A stretch of DNA of 64,000 nt from assembly GCA_017303995.1 (NCBI GenBank), contig JAFLBE010000007.1:26163-90162 (forward strand), in the 5' to 3' direction. The notes under the pieces were generated by a model. That model was given only the letters and a program-made list of their open reading frames with translations, had not been told where the DNA came from and did not search any database. The translations under genes and the position numbers were made by a program. Each line of letters starts with the position of its first letter. Position 1 is the first letter of the stretch. Shown piece by piece: positions 59,533-64,000 of the stretch. Origin of the DNA: Bacteroidota bacterium (GTDB lineage: Bacteria; Bacteroidota; JABWAT01).

Positions 59533-60507
59533 ATGTTAAAAATTGGCGATAAAATACAAATACAAAATGCTGTTGTTCTTGCTCCGATGGAGGAAGTGAC
59601 AGATTTACCATTCCGCAAAATTTGCAAAGAGAATGGTGCAGACATCGTTTACACTGAATTCATTCCTTCTGAAGCCATTATCCGGAATGCAGCAAAATCT
59701 CTGCGAAAAATGGAAATTGCAGACGAAGAACGTCCTGTTTCTATTCAGATTTATGGAAATCAGACTGAAGTGATGGTCAAGGCTGCAAAGCTTGCTGAAG
59801 CCTTAAATCCCGATTTTCTTGATATCAATTACGGTTGCCCGGCCAAAAAAATTGCAGGGCGTGGAGCAGGAAGTGGTCTGCTATGTTATCCTGATCTGAT
59901 GGAAACCATAACAAGAGAAATTGTTAATGCCTTATCAATCCCAGTAACTGCCAAAACCCGGATTGGTTGGGATTCCGACTCTATTTCAATAATTGAAACT
60001 ACAAAACGACTTGAACAGCAGGGAATTAAAGCACTAACCATCCACGGCAGGACGAAAGCTCAAATGTTTGAAGGAACTGCCGATTGGGATTGGATTGGAA
60101 AGGCAAAGGCCTCTGCCGGTATTCCAATAATTGGAAATGGTGATATTACAACTCCTGAATTTGCTCTGGAAGTTTTCAACCGGTCTGGGGTCGATGGTGT
60201 TATGATTGGACGTGGGTCTTACGGAAACCCGTGGATTTTCAGCCGCACAAAGCACTTGTTAAATACGGGGATTTTGCTACCAGAACCAGAAATTGAAGAG
60301 AAAGTTGAAGTGATGCTCAGGCATCTCAGATATTCAATGGCATGTAAAGGTCAGCACGGATTGGTATCCTTCAGAAAACACTATCCCAATTATCTGAAGG
60401 GATTTGAAAATGCAGCAAAACTCAGAAGTCAGCTTGTTCTGATTAATACTTACGAGCAGATTGCTGAAACGGTAATGAATTTTCTCGGGATTAAATGCGT
60501 AGCCTGA
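59533..60507 (+). CDS. dusB: tRNA-dihydrouridine synthase
   Basis: FMN TIM-barrel motifs LAPMEEVTDLPFR, INYGCPAKK, TIHGRT. The start was moved to MLKIGDK. Confidence 0.85.
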   Translation: MLKIGDKIQIQNAVVLAPMEEVTDLPFRKICKENGADIVYTEFIPSEAIIRNAAKSLRKMEIADEERPVSIQIYGNQTEVMVKAAKLAEALNPDFLDINYGCPAKKIAGRGAGSGLLCYPDLMETITREIVNALSIPVTAKTRIGWDSDSISIIETTKRLEQQGIKALTIHGRTKAQMFEGTADWDWIGKAKASAGIPIIGNGDITTPEFALEVFNRSGVDGVMIGRGSYGNPWIFSRTKHLLNTGILLPEPEIEEKVEVMLRHLRYSMACKGQHGLVSFRKHYPNYLKGFENAAKLRSQLVLINTYEQIAETVMNFLGIKCVA

Positions 60508-60533
60508 TTGAATAGTAGAATTGTCACAAAAAC

Positions 60534-60566
60534 AAAAAAGTCCGTAAAAACGGACTTTTTTGTTTT
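60534..60566. terminator. Bidirectional intrinsic terminator AAAAAAGTCCG-taaaaa-CGGACTTTTTT between convergent dusB and the response-regulator gene
   Basis: Perfect stem with an A-run on one side and a T-run on the other. It sits 27 nt after the dusB stop and 12 nt after the minus-strand gene's stop. Confidence 0.75.
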
Positions 60567-60578
60567 TGTATTTTCCAA

Positions 60579-61529
60579 TTAAAAAAGTTTCCTTGTTCCC
60601 GATGCATTCATCAAATGGGACAGAATAGGATTTCCCTGAACGGAAAGCCTTTTGATAATATCACTTTCCCTTGTAGAAAAGATACCATTCCTGAATCCCC
60701 AGAAAAATCCATCAATTACCAGACTTTTTCTGTTTTCACCGGCACCAAGTAAAAAGTCTTTATCATCAAGGTTAAGAAACGGAAGCAGAATTTCACTGGT
60801 AAGGTTATACTTTTGAACCCAGGCCTTTATTGAGGGAGAGGTTGAGCTCAATGCGTCATTGCTGAATATTTCATTCCGGGTCTCAAACATTTTACTTAAC
60901 GATCCAGTGGTGTTGGGTTTCACTGCCCTGATATCAATAGGAAAGTTGAAATTTCCACCTTCATTTACCAAAACGAACTCACCGGTTTCTGTTTTTTGGT
61001 AAAAGGCCATACAATCGAAATCAAATATTTCATTAAGCCCGCCAATAAAAGAACTGATTGCCTTTTCAAAATTCCGTTCCAGTGAATTCTTAGCAAGCAT
61101 CATCATGAGTTTTTGTTTTTTTCTCATGAGTATTTCTTCTGTGTTATCGTTAGTTGTATAGAAATCACCAAGGATAGCAAATGTTTTTACCAGATAAACA
61201 AGTTCATTTTGGGTAAAGGGTTTAGCAAGAAATCCAACAGCCCCTTGTTCATTTGCATATCGAGCTTTTTCACCGCTTGGGTCACCAGTAACAATTACAA
61301 CAGGAATTTTATTTAAATTTTTGTCACGTTTGATCGCTGCAAGGAATGATAATCCATCCATTCCTTCCATATTGATATCACTGAGGATGAAATTAACTTT
61401 GTTTGACTTCATGATATCGACACCCTCTTGCACACTATAGGCGTGGAGAACCCTCACACTCATGGGCTCGAGCATAAAATCTACCATATTATGGTATTCG
61501 TAGTCATCTTCAATGTATAAGATAGTCAT
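60579..61529 (-). CDS. Orphan response regulator: N-terminal REC domain plus ~190-aa C-terminal domain of unknown type (possibly GAF-like)
   Basis: REC signature YIEDD...LSDINMEGMDG...IVTGD...K. No adjacent histidine kinase. Confidence 0.75.
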   Translation of the reverse strand: MTILYIEDDYEYHNMVDFMLEPMSVRVLHAYSVQEGVDIMKSNKVNFILSDINMEGMDGLSFLAAIKRDKNLNKIPVVIVTGDPSGEKARYANEQGAVGFLAKPFTQNELVYLVKTFAILGDFYTTNDNTEEILMRKKQKLMMMLAKNSLERNFEKAISSFIGGLNEIFDFDCMAFYQKTETGEFVLVNEGGNFNFPIDIRAVKPNTTGSLSKMFETRNEIFSNDALSSTSPSIKAWVQKYNLTSEILLPFLNLDDKDFLLGAGENRKSLVIDGFFWGFRNGIFSTRESDIIKRLSVQGNPILSHLMNASGTRKLF

Positions 61530-61774
61530 GATGTTGCCTTTTAAGACTGGTTCGGAAAAATGAGCTCCAAGAATTTGAAAGATACAACTTTTTTTATCGT
61601 AGTTCGAGCAAAAAATGAATGTTTAAGTAAAAAGGTGATTTGTTCAATTATCAAATTTGTACCCGATTTAACCCTCATGGAAAGGGACGGGATTTTACCT
61701 ACTGCTCACTTTGCTTTTAACAGCATGTAAGTCTATTTTTGTTAGTTATTCTAAAAAACACAGGGACTTAGAAA

Positions 61775-62788
61775 ATGCGTATTCTTGTCACCGGTGGTGC
61801 CGGGTTTATTGGCGCCAATTTTATTCATTTTATTCTGAAAAAAGTATCTGGGGTTGATATTGTCAACTTTGACAAATTGACTTATGCCGGAAATCTTGAA
61901 AACCTGACTGAATTTGAAAAGAATCCGCGCTATACCTTTGTAAAAGGGGATATCCTTAATGCTGAGCAGGTTGATCATACCATTTCGAAATATGAAATTG
62001 ACGGCATCATTCACTTTGCAGCAGAGTCTCACGTTGACCGTTCAATTTTGGGTCCGCTGGTTTTTACTGAAACCAATGTGATTGGAACGCAGGTTTTACT
62101 TGAAGCTGCACGCAAACATAAAATTAAACGGTACCTTCAAATCAGCACCGATGAAGTTTACGGTTCGCTTGGCGCAGAAGGACTATTCCACGAAACTACC
62201 CCACTTGCTCCAAATTCACCTTACAGTGCATCAAAAGCCTCAGCTGATATGCTGGTTCGGGCTTATGTTCACACCTTTGACCTTCCCGCTGTGATGACCC
62301 GGTGTTCAAACAATTATGGACCCTATCAATTTCCTGAAAAACTGATTCCACTCATGATCATCAATGCCCTGAATAATAAACCACTTCCGGTCTATGGTGA
62401 CGGGATGAACGTTAGAGATTGGATTCATGTCGAAGATCATAACCGTGGCGTTTGGGATGTCTTTGAAAAAGGAAAAATTGGCGAACACTACAATCTTGGC
62501 GGAATCGCAGAAAAGCCAAACATTGAAATTGTGAAATTTATTCTGAATCATCTTGGTAAAGACGAAAGTCAGATCAAATATGTTAAAGACCGTCCGGGGC
62601 ATGACAAACGGTATGCAATGGATGTTTCCTATATTAAGCAGGAGCTTGGCTGGGAGCCAAAAATCAAGTTTGAAGAAGGTTTAGCCTCCACTATAGACTG
62701 GTATCTTGCAAATAAAACCTGGTGGGAACGGATTTTGTCTGGTGATTACCAAAATTATTTCCAGGCAAATTACAAGGATCGTGTATGA
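61775..62788 (+). CDS. rfbB: dTDP-glucose 4,6-dehydratase
   Basis: MRILVTGGAGFIGANF, YSASKASAD catalytic YxxxK. 337 aa. Confidence 0.95.
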   Translation: MRILVTGGAGFIGANFIHFILKKVSGVDIVNFDKLTYAGNLENLTEFEKNPRYTFVKGDILNAEQVDHTISKYEIDGIIHFAAESHVDRSILGPLVFTETNVIGTQVLLEAARKHKIKRYLQISTDEVYGSLGAEGLFHETTPLAPNSPYSASKASADMLVRAYVHTFDLPAVMTRCSNNYGPYQFPEKLIPLMIINALNNKPLPVYGDGMNVRDWIHVEDHNRGVWDVFEKGKIGEHYNLGGIAEKPNIEIVKFILNHLGKDESQIKYVKDRPGHDKRYAMDVSYIKQELGWEPKIKFEEGLASTIDWYLANKTWWERILSGDYQNYFQANYKDRV

Positions 62789-64000
62789 CGACTGCCGGAG
62801 AGCAGCTTCAGAAGAAAATCGAAGATAAATCTGCAGTCATTGGTATTGTTGGATTGGGCTATGTAGGTCTTCCACTTGCTGTTGAATTTGTTGATCGTGG
62901 ATTTAAAACGGTTGGAATTGATTTAAGCGCAAAAAAAATCGAGTCCCTTCAATCCGGGCAGAACTACATTGCCGATATCCCTGAAAATAAATGGCAGTCC
63001 GCTTTTAATTCGGGGCTTTTTATTGCTCAAACAGATTATAAAAACGGAAAAGATATTGATGTCTTTTATATCTGTGTTCCAACGCCTTTTACAGAAAATA
63101 AAGAACCCGATATCAGCTATATACTCTCTGCGGCAGAATCTATTCAAACCGTATTACGACCTGGTCAGCTTGTCATTTTAAAAAGTACAACCTTCCCGAA
63201 TACAACTGAAGGCTTTGTTTTGCCGGTTCTTAATAAATCGGGGCTTCAGGCTGGTTCAGACTATTTTCTTGCCTTTTCACCTGAACGTATTGATCCGGGC
63301 AACACAAAATGGCATACAGGCAATACGCCAATTGTTGTAGGTGGCGTCACCAAAGCATGTACCTCTCTTTCAGCCTTGGTTACCCGTCAGATCGTTGATC
63401 TGGTTTATGAAGTTTCTTCACCCAAAGTTGCAGAAATGGAAAAGTTACTTGAAAACATTTTCCGCTCTGTAAATATTGCCCTTGTGAATGAACTTGCCCA
63501 GATGTGTGATCGAATGGGTGGAATAAACGTTTGGGAAGTGATCGAGGCTGCAGGAACCAAACCCTTCGGATTTATGCCGTTTTGGCCGGGACCTGGAATT
63601 GGTGGACATTGTATCCTAATTGACCCATACTACCTTTCATGGTATGCAAAAGCCTACGATTTTCATTCTGATTTTATAGAGTTGGCAGCAAAAACCAATG
63701 AATCCATGCCATTTTACGTTCGGGATGCCATTATCAGGGAAATTGCAAAAGCTGGTGTTCCACTTTTACGTGCGAAAATTCTTATTCTGGGCGTTGCTTT
63801 CAAAAAGAATGTTGACGACACTCGCCACTCTCCGGCCATCCGGGTTATGGAGCTCCTTTTACAGGAAGGACTAACCGGGCTGTCTTATCATGATCCATTT
63901 GTTCCTGTTCTTGAAGTCAGTGGTGGTCATTTTTCTTCAGTTCCGCTTGAGGCCGAAATCCTTAATCAAACTGATCTGGTTGTTGTTACGACTGATCATA
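62785..64000 (+). CDS. UDP-N-acetyl-D-glucosamine/mannosamine 6-dehydrogenase-like nucleotide-sugar dehydrogenase (partial, runs off window end)
   Basis: My own translation from the ATG at 62785 (ATGA overlap with the rfbB stop): MTTAGEQLQKKIEDKSAVIGIVGLGYVGLPLAVEF... It is a UDP-glucose/GDP-mannose dehydrogenase family Rossmann fold. The frame is open to position 64000. Confidence 0.8.
   Translation, partial: MTTAGEQLQKKIEDKSAVIGIVGLGYVGLPLAVEFVDRGFKTVGIDLSAKKIESLQSGQNYIADIPENKWQSAFNSGLFIAQTDYKNGKDIDVFYICVPTPFTENKEPDISYILSAAESIQTVLRPGQLVILKSTTFPNTTEGFVLPVLNKSGLQAGSDYFLAFSPERIDPGNTKWHTGNTPIVVGGVTKACTSLSALVTRQIVDLVYEVSSPKVAEMEKLLENIFRSVNIALVNELAQMCDRMGGINVWEVIEAAGTKPFGFMPFWPGPGIGGHCILIDPYYLSWYAKAYDFHSDFIELAAKTNESMPFYVRDAIIREIAKAGVPLLRAKILILGVAFKKNVDDTRHSPAIRVMELLLQEGLTGLSYHDPFVPVLEVSGGHFSSVPLEAEILNQTDLVVVTTDH

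Overview
This 64-kb window is a low-GC (~40%) bacterial chromosomal segment with no clear mobile elements, CRISPR arrays, tRNAs or rRNAs. Sigma-54 NtrC-type regulators, WecA/Wzi-like envelope genes and consensus sigma-70 promoters suggest an FCB-group-like (Bacteroidota/Ignavibacteriota/Chlorobi) organism, but I cannot place it firmly. Almost the whole window is three large co-directional biosynthetic superclusters. (1) An 11-gene assimilatory sulfate-reduction cluster at 397-12264: cysH(APS-reductase type)-cobA-sulfite reductase-sbp-cysTWA-cysC-cysD-cysN-sirC-cysQ. (2) An amino-acid supercluster at 35129-50060: ilvBNC-leuB-leuA-leuCD-cimA-thrABC. (3) A surface-polysaccharide/nucleotide-sugar locus at 50184-64000: rfbA, a GT4 glycosyltransferase, a wecA-like gene, a Wzi-like OMP, ugd, uxs, rfbB and a wbpA-like gene. 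Between them lie housekeeping genes (gatB, metB-like, tpiA, trpS, scpAB, rluB, nadAB, upp, dacB) and a few orphans (a minus-strand AAA ATPase, an HNH endonuclease, a secreted PHP-domain protein, an orphan response regulator). What the gene calls do not explain is dense, modular intergenic repeat architecture. (a) Six heptanucleotide tandem-repeat arrays (period exactly 7, GTGACAA/GTTACAA-type and relatives), reminiscent of cyanobacterial STRR repeats, sit in operon-internal spacers. Three are coupled to CCCCTCC-loop-GGAGGGG hairpins, and one forms a 172-bp element bounded by inverted heptamer arrays (MITE-like). (b) A second family of TGTCATCC-headed nested palindromes (ATCCCCG...CGGGGAT) has five copies; two share an AGTTCTGCGAAGCC module that also follows heptamer array 1. 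(c) Two near-identical TTGACA-N17-TATTATTG promoters precede the cys and ilv-leu clusters. Each is followed by a long leader containing a candidate amino-acid-codon leader peptide: MTCCC before cys, and a 47-aa peptide ending in a Leu/Ile/Val-rich tract before ilvB. These repeat and leader features are the most novel content; nothing here supports a defence island or prophage.
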